From the NCBI GenBank assembly GCA_009914755.4, contig CP068257.2, forward strand, positions 17,312,001 through 17,376,000: 64,000 nucleotides of DNA, read 5' to 3'. A program made the translations under genes and the position numbers. The DNA comes from the human T2T-CHM13v2.0 reference genome, Homo sapiens. The notes under the pieces are model-generated. The model made no database searches and was not told where the DNA came from. It saw only the letters and a list, made by a program, of their open reading frames with translations. Below, piece after piece: positions 24,771 to 36,769 of the stretch; positions within the stretch are counted from its first letter, which is position 1, and every line of letters starts with the position of its first letter.

Positions 24771-25046
24771 GGGCCATGCCCAGTGGCTCACACGTGTAAT
24801 CTCAGCACTATGGGGGGCTGAGAGGCAGGTGGATCACTTGAGCCCAAGAGTTCTAAACCAGCCTGGGCAACATAGTCTCTACAAAAAATACAAAAATTAA
24901 CTGGGTGTGGTGGCACATGCCTGTAGTCCCAGCTACTTGGAAGTCCAAAGTAGGAGGATGCTTGAGCCCAGGAGCTCAAGGTTGCTGTGAGCTGTGATCA
25001 CACCACTGCACTCCAGCCTGGGTGACAGAGGGAGACCCTGACTAAA
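24771..25046 (+). mobile_element. Alu (older AluJ/S-like), full length, sense
   Basis: gggccatgcccagtggctcacacgtgtaatctcagcactatggggggctgagaggcaggtggatcacttgagcccaagagttctaaaccagcctgggcaacatagtctctacaaaaaatacaaaaattaactgggtgtggtggcacatgcctgtagtcccagctacttggaagtccaaagtaggaggatgcttgagcccaggagctcaaggttgctgtgagctgtgatcacaccactgcactccagcctgggtgacagagggagaccctgactaaaaaataataataataa. Approximate TSD: ataaaacagttttg / aataacagctttga. A 25-bp tandem duplication of tail+TSD follows at 25047-25100. Confidence 0.9.
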
Positions 25047-28000
25047 AAATAATAATAATAACAGCTTTGAACTCTAATAATAATAACAGCTTTGAATTCC
25101 AATAGATGTGGCATTTAATCCTCTGTCACTTAATAGTGCTATGAAACTGGTGAAAATACTTCTGTGTCTACATGTGTAAAGTGCCAATAGCAATAGTGAA
25201 ATCATATCATTGTAATAAATTCAATAATTAATAATAAAATTGAATAATTTATTAAGTTATTCACACATGAATAATAATACATACACCTGGAAATATGTAA
25301 GCAATTAGCAAAGTACTTGGTCTTTGATAAGTTTTTAAATTATTATGTTTGTAATTATAATCATGGTTACAAACAGCACAATCATCATGAGAATGACTGA
25401 TATGCATGTTTCAAAATGTTCTAAATAAGAATTTTAGGTGAGACTACAAATATGTTACTAAGCTGCTATTTACTCAGTATCTTACCATTTGTGCAATAAT
25501 AGATCCTAAAAATTAGAGGGTCAATCCTATATTTCAATACTATTGAAGATTTCTCCCATTAATATTCAAAATTTGATAACATTATGTAGGACAGATGTAA
25601 ACATATTCATGATGAAGTTTTGTCTGAATCGATTTTTACTGATGATTCAACATCAAAATAGTTTTAGGAGCTATTTCACTGCACCAAAGTGATTTTATTG
25701 TTCTATAATCAAAGCTATAATTGTAGACTCACGGAATTCTAAATGGTTCGCAATGTATTTCACGTGAATGAATCGTGAAGGTCTGTTTCTCAAGGCATGG
25801 GGATGTGATTTTTGGGATTGTGTTTGTTTACTGTAGTGACCATGTGTTAACTGTCATTTGGCAGGCACAGACCTAAGTTCCATTTTTATTTTATTTTCAT
25901 GACAAACCTATGAAAACACATTGTTTTACATTAGAAAACTTAGAATGTTGAGGTTATTCTAAGATTTCAATGAGTTCAATGTTGGCATCTAGGGCATGTA
26001 CTCTTGCCACTTATGTTTTATTACCTCTCTGAATAGTTGTGTCTTAATTGATGTACTCTGTTGCCATTTACATTAATCCCATGACTCAATGGTGAGCAGA
26101 ATGAGAAAAGACTAGAAAAATCAACTCATCATTCCTTTTAAGAAATTTGTTAACTGTTTTATTTATTTTTGTTAAGCTCCTGTGGTTGGACAGTACAATT
26201 AGTTACTTAATATTTTATTTTCTCCTCTACAAAATTAATCTTTTTAATAACTACCCTCTTTTGACTAGTTACTTCTATTCCCAAAACAAAATGTATTCAC
26301 TAAGTTCCTATGTTCTTGTCAAAGAAAACGTCAGACGTTTCTGAAGAAGTGATTGGGGAATCAGGGTGGGAGGAAAAACGTATTCCTGACAGTATAAGAA
26401 ATATGTTTGCATTCCAGTAAATTATTTTTAGGTATATTTTGATATCACTTTGTTCTGTAACCTACTTTTATCTTTTTCTAGCCAAGAACACACTGATGCC
26501 AAAATATTATTATAAGTCGAACCATATTCTAATTTAACTTTTTTGAAAAAAAATGATAATATATGCAAAATGAGACTTAGAGTTGTCTTAACATCACTGA
26601 TTTTTGGAATTCTAATAGTCGTGAATAAGAGACATTCATGTCATTTGATAAAATAATTAAAGTATAAATTTAAGGTATAACAATTAAAGTATGAATTTAA
26701 GCCAGTATTATATTCCATAATCCTGAAAATATATTGGTTACCTCATAATGGCATAATGTTTATTTCCAGTAGTGGCTAGCAAAAGGCTATTCACTGACCA
26801 AAACTAAATGTTTAAACAGAAAACATACATTTGCTAAAGACTTTTTAGTACTAATTGTTGTAATAAGTTGCATTATATACTTCCTCCTAATATGTTAACC
26901 ATTATTCATAGAAGGAATTTATAAGAATGGATAATAGTTAAAGGGGCAAATAAATGACACTTTTTTATAGAAGAAACATATACATTTAAATCCACATATT
27001 TATACTATATAGTGTAAATTTTCCCAGTGAAAATTATGTATCTATGGGTGTTTTGTTATGTATGTTTTATTCAATGTAACATTAAAGTTATTGCCCCCCA
27101 AAATCCTTCAAAACGGTTAGAGTTTCAATGGTATGGGAAAAGTAATGAAAACATTATTTTCATTATTGTTACATTGCTGTCATTGTTACTACTAAAAACA
27201 GCATCTATAAAATAAAATATGGTGTTCCTGTAGGCTTGCCATGTTCCAAGCTTTCTCTCTTTTTCTGTACTCAGGTGGGGCCCCAAATTCTCTGGAACCA
27301 TATTATACATTACTGTTTTGCAGAGGTTTGCAAGTTCTTAAGAACTTCAGAGAAAGCCATTTGGGGAAAAAGAGGCATTTCAAATAAGTGGGACTCCAGC
27401 TTTCCTATTCTTATAGTTATGTGCTGAACCGGACTGGAATTGAAGTCTGCTCCAAAATATTGTAAAAGACCATGCTTATTAAAGGGATCTTACTGCCAAA
27501 GAAAAAGTAGTTCAGAAAGCTAAGAAAGCTAAAGTTCAGGTTTTAACATCATAAAAATTAAATGGTATATGTTACTAGGTGGTACAGTTATATTTCTAAA
27601 CTCATTGTCTAATTATTTTCTATCTAAGGATGCCAGATGATAAATATATCTATACTGTTCTATTTTATGAATATAAAATGATTTTATAAAATTAGAAAAA
27701 TCCAAAATTTGACCTGAGAGTTACATTGTTTCTTAATTATAATGTATAACTTTCAATACAAATAATTTTTAATTAAAAACTTCCTACTTATTTTCAGTAG
27801 AAATGAGCAAAATACCAGAGCCATGTGTGGCTAAAGAACTTTCTTTTTATTCTTTTGGTAGTTTATTTTTTCTAGGTATCCTAATGTCAGTTGATTTTTA
27901 GGTTAGATAGTACTATGTGTCAAACACATTTCTTCTTTATTTTCAACATGTATTTACACTATATTTTCTAGCCTTCTATGCAGTTAAATGTGGCTGGCTT

Positions 28001-28384
28001 TATGTTTGAGTTCTAGTTCAGTGAATAAAGAGAACACTTTTTCGAGGCTTCTATCTTTGAAATATTTCTCATCTGATTGCTAATATCTTTATTTTACCAT
28101 GTTAATGCATTAACAAATGATGTATTTGAAAGATGAATGGTAAAGATGAAGACCCAAAATGGCCCCAAATCATCACTTGCAGAAGACTTGTAGAAATCAG
28201 CCTAAAACCACTGAGTGGCAGCTAGTGTATGTTAATCCTTAACTAAGTTAGAAACATGTTCCTTGAAGTAAGATCCTGCCATTAAAAGTGGGCAGGTGCA
28301 TACCTAAATGATAAGAACATAAATAACCCATCCAACTAGTAAGTGAGTGCAAATTGATATTAGATGCTAAAAATGGGAAAAACC

Positions 28385-28792
<408 letters not shown>

Positions 28793-31075
28793 TTATTTAT
28801 TTATTTTTATTAGAAAGCTATAGCAAGAAAAAGAGAATCCCAGATCTACGGAGATTTACCTGATCTTCTGGTTTCAGTAAAACACAGAAAATCTTCTCTT
28901 CAAAAAAAAGGAACATGGGAAAACAAAAGTAATAAAATGGAGGAGGATTTCCATTTTCACCAATGGCAAAATTCAGATTCACTCATTTTATTATTTCTGG
29001 AATTAGAATGCACCTATTAATTTCTACTGGCCATATGGCAACAGTGAAATGGCTATTGCTACCCATTTATACACATATAAACTTGCAGATTCGGTTCTGT
29101 GGCCTGAATTTGCAGAAGACATGATTTGAACATTCTTAAAACATGCTATGTCACCGACACTTTTGATGACGCAGATCCCAATATTGCATGAAAGAACATG
29201 GAGATAAAAAATTGACTTGAAATTCAGAAGAGTCAGTTTCTAATTTTGAATTAGTCTCAGGAATAATTTAACCAATTTACTTTACTCATATATTCTTTTT
29301 ATTATGCACAAGTATTATGTTTTATGTAAATTTGTATCTAAATAAGTCAAACATAATTCTTTCAAGAAACATAAAATAAAATAAGTTATAAGAAAGCATA
29401 AGTCATGCATTTTTTCCTTAGTAGTACATAAAATAATAGTGTCTTAAAGCAGATGATATTTTTTATTCTAAGGATGCAATAAATGCTAGGAAGAACTTTA
29501 GGTATAGTTATTGGCACATTAAATTAAATAAAATAATACAGATCAGAAGAAGGGCAAATTTATAGGGAATAACATTCCCATCAAAACAATGTACCCAAGA
29601 TAATAAACATTTCACTCTTTAAGGCTTAAAATATCTCTTTTTACTTCTAAATTTGCCACAAAACATAAAAGAGGATGTGAATGTTGTACTATCCAAATGG
29701 GGCATCGCTGCAACTCTAAACACATGTATAAATATGAAATTACTAGCCAAAGAGGAAACTGTCCAGGGGTGTCTGAAAACAAGGGACCACGTAGTATTTC
29801 CCAGAGAGTAATAATAGGGTTAATTACAGGACTTTGTCCACTTGCAGGGCTGAGAAAACTTTCCATGTTGACTTGTCAGGATATTATGATTTCTCTGAAT
29901 CACTGATTACTATATGCCTTCTTCTCTTCCCATTCTTTGGGGATAGGTATCCTGTCCTCAAATTAGTTTTGTATATTTATTGAGAGAAGATAAAACTTGA
30001 CAGACTTCAAAGGACAATGGTTCATGAATATTACATCTTAATGGAGAGAACTGAGGATTACCTAGGATAATAGACTCTGCTTGGTAAGATGTTGGGTCCT
30101 CTGTGTTAGTGATAATTGCTGAATGGCTCTACGTATGAGAAGAAGGTTGGCATAAATAATTAGAAAAGAGGGAGTGTGGCAGAGGTTTCTTTGAGTTCAC
30201 AAAACATTTTTTTCTTGGACACAGATCTGGACTACATCTTTAAGTTCTTTTGTAGTTGGCCATGTGACAGTTTTTGCCAGTGGGGTATGTGCAGAGGGTG
30301 TATGTCATCTTCAGGCCTAGACCATTACCATTTCTGTAAATTGTTCTCCATGTTTTCTCCTTTCTATACAATTAATGCAGGAAAACATGCCGAGTTTGGA
30401 GGGTATCTATAGAAATTTGCAAAATCCTAAGTTCAAAGGTGCCTAGGTCATTACATCATAGCTTACAGGAAAGTTACACGTTGATCAGAAACACTCATTT
30501 TAAATAAATTAAAAGAACAGATCCTACTATGTGAAGCCAGTGAGGTTGAATTTTTTTCTCTTATAACAATGTTTTATCTTAAGAGATTCAGTCTTCATTA
30601 TAATAATCCAGAATATCTATTCCTTGAAGCAGACACGAAATCTCTGATGGCAAACAAACTTATGTCCCCTTTGTCTATTATCAGAAAACAATCCAATTAG
30701 AAATCAGACAAAGGATTTAAACAAACACTTCATCAAAATAGATGTAGGGATAGTTCTATGATTCAAATAATGGTGTTCCCCCCAAAATTCCTGTTGAAGT
30801 TTTAACTCTGATATAACATTATTAAAAATGTGGCCTTTGGGAAGTCATTAAGGCATAAGGATTCTGCCCTCATGAATGAAATTAGTACCCATATAAAAGG
30901 TAGCAATTGTTGTTGAGGATGTGGAAAAACTGCATGCTTCATACATGGCTGGCCAGATTGTAAAATGGTTCAATCACTCTGGAAATTAGTCTTAAACTTT
31001 CTTAAACTGTTACACTTACTCAGCAATTGAAACTGCCTTTGCAAATTCATTACAGTACAAAATCTGACATAGTTG

Positions 31076-32230
31076 TGAAGCCTGAACATCTGAGACAGTT
31101 CTCAGTTAATTTAGAAAGTTTATTTTGCCAAGGTTGAGGACGTACACCTGAGACACAGCCTCAGGAGCTCCTGACGACATGTGACCAAGGTGGTCAGAGG
31201 ATGGCTTGGTTTCACACATTTTAGGGAGACGGGAGACGTCAATCAACATATGTTAGATGAACATTGGTTAGGTCCGGAAAGGTGGGACAACTTGAAGCAA
31301 AGGCGGAACAACGCAAATCGGGGAGGAGACTCCCAAGTCATTGGTATATAAGAGACAAATGATTGCGTTCTTTTGAGTTTCAGATTAGCCTCTCCAAATC
31401 AGATATGCATTCATCTCAGTGAGCAGAGGGGTGACTTTGAATAGAATGGGAGGCAGATTTGCCTTAAACAGTTCCCAGCTTGACTTTTCCCTTTAGCTTA
31501 GTGATTTTAGGGCCCTGAGATTTATTTTCCTTTCGCATAGTTAACTCCATCTTGCTTCCAACCTCCAAGCTGTTGTTGGCCACTCTTGAGCATAGGCAAA
31601 TTTATCTTTGGGAGGAATTTACTTTATAGTTTAATTTGAAAGCAAGGATGATAATAATCCATCTCTATAGCTGATCCTCTCCTTGTTTGGGGACTGAAAC
31701 GGCCTTTGTAAGATTAATGAAAGGCCACAAGAATGGGATTATGGGAGTGGTTTGAACTCTACCAAGACATAGTTTCTGCACACTTTTTCTGCTCAGGAGT
31801 TACGTGGCCAGAGGTCAAAGATGGGCATAGATTTTGTAATTTATTACCTTTCATGGGGTATGTGGCCAGAGGTCAAAGATGTGTGCCTTTCCCATTTGTT
31901 CCTATAGATAACATCACTATTGAGGAACCTAACATGAGTTTATTTGAGATGATTTTCAGGCTAACCTCAGCATGACTTGTGACTCATGACTCAACTGATC
32001 CTGTGGTCCCAACCAGAAGTGGACCCAGGACACAAGGACCATTTTCCATACCCCTGTGATTTCATCCCCAATCAATCAGCAGTACACATTCCCTAGCCCC
32101 ATGCCCACCAAACTGTCCATAAAACCCTAACTTCCAAGCAGTCTGAGAAAATAATTTGAGTGATAACTCCAGTTCTTGGACATATACCAGGACTTAAGTG
32201 AATTAAACTCTTTCTCTACTGCAATGCCAT
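31076..32230 (+). mobile_element. unclassified LTR-like element with a TATA-like box and retained CpGs
   Basis: Begins tgtgaagcctgaacatctgagacagttctc. CpG-containing stretch: ggagacgggagacgtcaatcaacat...ggtccggaaaggtgggacaacttgaagcaaaggcggaacaacgcaaatcggggagg. TATA-like cattggtatataagagac at about 31345. A 20-bp internal direct repeat gtggccagaggtcaaagatg sits at about 31803 and 31863. Ends near ...aaactctttctctactgca. Family not resolvable by eye. Confidence 0.3.
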
Positions 32231-34559
32231 GGTGAGGTAATATGGGAAAGAAAGAAAAAGTACAATCATTATATCATCATACTCTTCCTTTGGCAGGAAT
32301 TGCATAGTTATACCAGCATTCTTCTCACCTCTTCCCTACTCCCTCTTCCCCTTATCAACTCATGTTGAGTCTGAATACGTACTTGTGAAGGCGTGTAAAC
32401 CGGCCCTTTATGCTTTTACAGCCCCTTGTTTCAGACAACCAATGTTCTAATTGCCCATTTTACCTGTCTATCAAATCATTACTCTGAGAAAAATATCACT
32501 TTGTCTATTACTGTACATTATTGGCTGAACCATATGTTGCTTGGTCTGAAGAAATGATCATTGGCCTCTGGCTATCCAAATTCATGTAACGTTTAGTGTT
32601 CTCTCTCTTTTTTTTTTTTTAATGGCACTCTGAGCATTTTCATCAACCAGTAGGTAAGCAAAGTCCAGTGCAGAATCAATGTCTGTTCCTGTCAAGACCC
32701 ATAGGTAACCTCCCAGGGACACCAGCATTAGTCTTACTTGCCAGCTAAGTTACTTGCCAGTATTAGTCTTACTTGCCAGCTATGTTCAGGATATCCCTGC
32801 TAGGAAATCTATTCCACAGTTATGTGCAGTCTCTGACTCTCTTGCTGATGAACAGAACAGTTCTTACTGGCATTTGGAGCCTTAGAGGGTACAAGAAGAA
32901 CACATCCAGATTCAGCCCATCTCTGCATTGCTGTAGTACCCCCATATGCACTTATTTCATGGATCTAGGTAGTCACTTCAAAGAAGCACATGAGGATATC
33001 TGCTTATCAATTTGAATTACCTTCCAAACCTGGAAGGAGGCTGCTCTGATGGCATGGAAATGTCCTACTCTAATCTGCCACTCCAAGTTCCATGAAGCCA
33101 TGCCCCATACATTTAATAGGCCGGGTTTCCATTGTCCTCCCCTCTGACTGTGTTGATAAGCCATTGACCACCACTCATGAGTCAGTAAAAACCCAAACAC
33201 AGGGGCATTTGTCACTGTTCAATTCTTTAGCATGCTATTCAGCCCACCAAGCTGACTTGTTTTTACTTTTTTATTTTTTTCATCAATGTGTCATCCTTTG
33301 AAACAGAATGTTGTTTATTTACTTTGGAACTGTCTTCTACACACTAAGCAGTTCTTTGCCAGTCAGGTGAGAGGTATTTATAGGACACTGTGCAAGTGAT
33401 GATAGAATCCAGCAACTCCTCATGAAGCTCTAAAATGTGCTCTGGAGAAAAAGAAGCTTTCTGTTACTTAACATCTCTCCTTTGCATTCCCCAGGTAGCA
33501 TGCTCCTGTGTAAACCATTTTTTATTTTACTCTAAAACTCCTTGGGCATTTCTATCCTCATTAGAGCATTTCTCTGACGTTACCCAAGACATCATAAAAA
33601 TTTCCAGTTTCATTATTTAATATGTTTCAGTCCTAGGGGTAGCTTCAGCGATGTTAAGAAAAGACCATGAGATCTGCAAGAAAAAGAGAGAGCTTTACTT
33701 GCTTTAAAAAATTACCTGTAGATTGGGGAAATGCAGCCTGTGGTATAAAAGAAAAATATGCTCCTAAGAACAAATAGAGAGTTTGGCTTAAAATGAAGAA
33801 GTTTCTGTTTAGGTTCTCAGTCAGTTTTATTATGGAAATGAAGTATTCAACTTGGTCTGTTCTAAGTTGTTGAAACAGTCCAACTCTGATTGGGTGGTTT
33901 CCAAGTCCAAAACCAGAAGCCTTTGTCAGATGTTTTCTTTTAAATGGTTGTTGGGGAGCTTCGTAGCAATTTATTTTGGCTCTGGTTGCAGGAACTGTTT
34001 CAGCTCAGAGGTGTAAAACAGAATGTTTGTCTGAGAACCTACAGCGCCTGGCCACTCTTTCTGACTGTGCTATGGCGTCTGGTTCTACTTCTAAATTTAG
34101 AGCATCTCTATTAGCCACAGGGAGTCCATCTCATCCGGAGAGTCTGGGGTCTTAATCTAGAGTTTTATTTTATAATAGCAAGGTAGTAAATTTACCTCAA
34201 GTGGAAATTCTCTAGTTCAAAATCCCGGTAGTCATCACTAGGAGGAACTCACAGGCTTTTGACATAAGATGCAGTTTACATTTCACATAGGGCTATCAAA
34301 CAGAAAATTTGTTTATGCCAGCACTCCAGTTTCTATTTTACGCTCTCTGAGCTTGGGCAATCTTACTGGTTCCCATTTAGCACATTCAATTAATACAGCT
34401 TGAATGGTGGATTTACATGCCTTTTATTTTATGGTACTAGCTAGGTAGGGAAAATATTCCCCAGTCACACATAATATTCATTCCCATAAAGCATTTAGGT
34501 AAGTGAGATACAACTTCTCTATTTAAAGCCTGTTTAACATTCTAACTTTCATAATCCTA

Positions 34560-35600
34560 TTGATAGGGACGGGGGCAGGGAAATTCTAGGCAAAAAACGG
34601 CAGGAACCCAACAAAAACCCACCCCGAAGCCGAAAAGTCTGAAACTGGCCCAAAGTGGGAATTTATATCCCTGTTCTCCTGCTGGAATGTTGTCTTTTCC
34701 TAAACCACCCATGGTCCCGCCCTACACCATCCTGTACCTATACAAACCCCAGACTCAGCCAGTAGACAGGACTATGGTTGGACATTGGAGAGAAGCAGCT
34801 TGATGGCTTAACACCGAAGAAGAATCCAGCCAGAGACAGCCAGACTTCCGGGGAGGGTTACCTACCGACCCTGTCTCCTTCTCAGCTCCCCTTCCTGCCG
34901 AGAGCCACTTTCATTCACAATAAAATCCCCCACATCCACCACCCTTCAATTTATTCGTGCAACCTCATTTTTCCTGGCTGTTGGACAAGAGCGCGGGAGC
35001 CACAGGTGGAGATACAAAAAGCTGTCACATTGGCCCTTTGCCCTTGCTGGCGGAGGGCAGCCGCCTCACACAGAGGCAGAGGGCCCACTGAACTGTTAAC
35101 ACTTAAGCCATCTGCAGATGGCAGAGCAAAAACAGCACTGTAACATGCCCTCTGGGGCTTCGGGAGTTGCAGGCACCCACACCTGGATGCTACAGTGGAG
35201 CCTGAATGTCGTTTGCTTCTGCCAGTGCCCCAAAGCAACAGCTCCAATTCCTGCACCCACTCGCCTGCGCGCTCCCTCAGTGGAGGGGTGGAATGCAGCA
35301 GGTCCAAGTTAATGGAGTTTGATGCCGCTGGTGCTGAGGCAGCTGGCTGCTTCCACTGCTGGTTTACTCCGGTTCCCGCACTTGTTTGCTAGCAAGCTTC
35401 CTCCGGGGAGCTGTTGAGGGCAGAGTGTGAGTAGAGGAGGCACCCCTGTTGAGAGTCCTGCCTAGGAGTCAGGGAAACATACTGCTTTACTATAAACCCG
35501 GGAGCTGTTGAGGGCAGAGTGTGAGTAGAGGAGGCACCCCTGTTGAGAGTCCTGCCTAGGAGTCAGGGAAACATACTGCTTTACTATAAACCCTTACGTT
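34560..35600. mobile_element. GC-rich, CpG-retaining repeat-like block (probable ERV LTR, unclassified) containing a tandem duplication
   Basis: About 26 CpGs in about 1 kb against near-zero in flanks; hand-estimated obs/exp about 0.35. Contains cattcacaataaaatcccccacatccaccaccc (AATAAA), gagcgcgggagcc, ctcgcctgcgcgctccc. Overlapping ORFs on both strands (34778..35143+, 34951..35307-, 35118..35312+, 35195..35392+) are typical GC-driven chance frames. Confidence 0.35.
35406..35593. repeat. perfect 94-bp tandem duplication (2 identical copies)
   Basis: The unit gggagctgttgagggcagagtgtgagtagaggaggcacccctgttgagagtcctgcctaggagtcagggaaacatactgctttactataaaccc occurs twice, head to tail, with no mismatch I can see. 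Confidence 0.9.
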
Positions 35601-35981
35601 TTTTTGTATTCTAGTCCCAGGAACTTCTTCATCCTCAGGCCATTTTACCCATTCTTGTGAAAAAGGCTTTGGTTGAGATAAAGGACACTGGCCTGTTTAT
35701 CAATCTTTATCTTGATTAATTTGCCTGACTATTGCCCCAGGCAATTTCAGATCGGATTTCTCATCATAATCTCTGCCTTCTGACTCTTTAAATTTCTCCA
35801 AACTGGGGTAAACATAGCAAAACTTTTTGGAACCCCTTAATGTTGGGGAACCAGCAGGGACTCCCTTTGGTCCACCAAACCTTTGATAGTATTGTGTTAA
35901 GACTTTTGTTTTAACACCATAAACACAATTTTATTTCACTTATCTCATTTTAAAATAAGAATCTAAAGATTTCCAGTCCTG

Positions 35982-36358
<377 letters not shown>

Positions 36359-36465
36359 TTATTCAGATTTGTATGTGGAATTTAAATGTGTTATGTATTT
36401 TTTGTACAAATGCATGCTAGCATCCATAGAACAAATGTCTTTTTTTTTGATATCTGATCAACTTT

Positions 36466-36760
36466 TTTTATTTATTTATTTTAATTATACTTTAAGTTCT
36501 GGAGTACATGTGCAGAACGTGCAGGTTTGTTACATAGGTATACACGTGCCATGGTGGTTTGCTGCACCCACCAACCCGTCATCTACATTAGGTATTTCTC
36601 CTAATGCGATGTTCCCCTCCCTATGTCCATGTGTTCTCATTGTTCAACTCCCACTTATGAGTGAGAACATGCGGTGATTGGTTTTCTGTTCCTGTGTTAG
36701 TTTGCTGAGAATGATGGTTTCCACCTTCATCCACGTCCCTGCAAAGGACATGAACTCATG
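36466..36760 (-). mobile_element. LINE-1 (L1PA-type) 3'-terminal fragment, antisense
   Basis: tttattttaattatactttaagttctggagtacatgtgcagaacgtgcaggtttgttacataggtatacacgtgccatggtggtttgctgcacccaccaacccgtcatctacattaggtatttctcctaatgcgatgttcccctccctatgtccatgtgttctcattgttcaactcccacttatgagtgagaacatgcggtgattggttttctgttcctgtgttagtttgctgagaatgatggtttccaccttcatccacgtccctgcaaaggacatgaactcatg is the RC of the L1 ORF2 end + 3'UTR. Part of track ORF 36644..36952 (-) encodes the L1 ORF2p C-terminus (..EFMSFAGTWMKVETIILSKLTQEQKTNHRMFSLISGS). Confidence 0.9.
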
Positions 36761-36769
36761 TTTTTTTTT

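Noticed and set aside
34778-35392. Cluster of 64-121 aa ORFs on both strands in the GC-rich block (34778..35143+, 34951..35307-, 35118..35312+, 35195..35392+)
   Set aside because: They overlap each other in different frames and strands and show no codon periodicity or recognisable domains. They sit in a GC-rich LTR-like repeat where long stop-free frames arise by composition alone.
31076-35600. Possibility that the two LTR-like blocks (31076-32230 and 34560-35600) are 5' and 3' LTRs of one provirus
   Set aside because: The two blocks share no obvious sequence similarity. The 2.3-kb spacer has no gag/pol/env-like frame longer than 80 aa, and no tRNA primer-binding site follows the first block.
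34560-35600. CpG island / promoter call
   Set aside because: The hand count gives about 26 CpGs per kb at about 55% GC, so obs/exp is about 0.35. This is below the usual 0.6 threshold. It is more consistent with a moderately old GC-rich repeat than with an unmethylated island.
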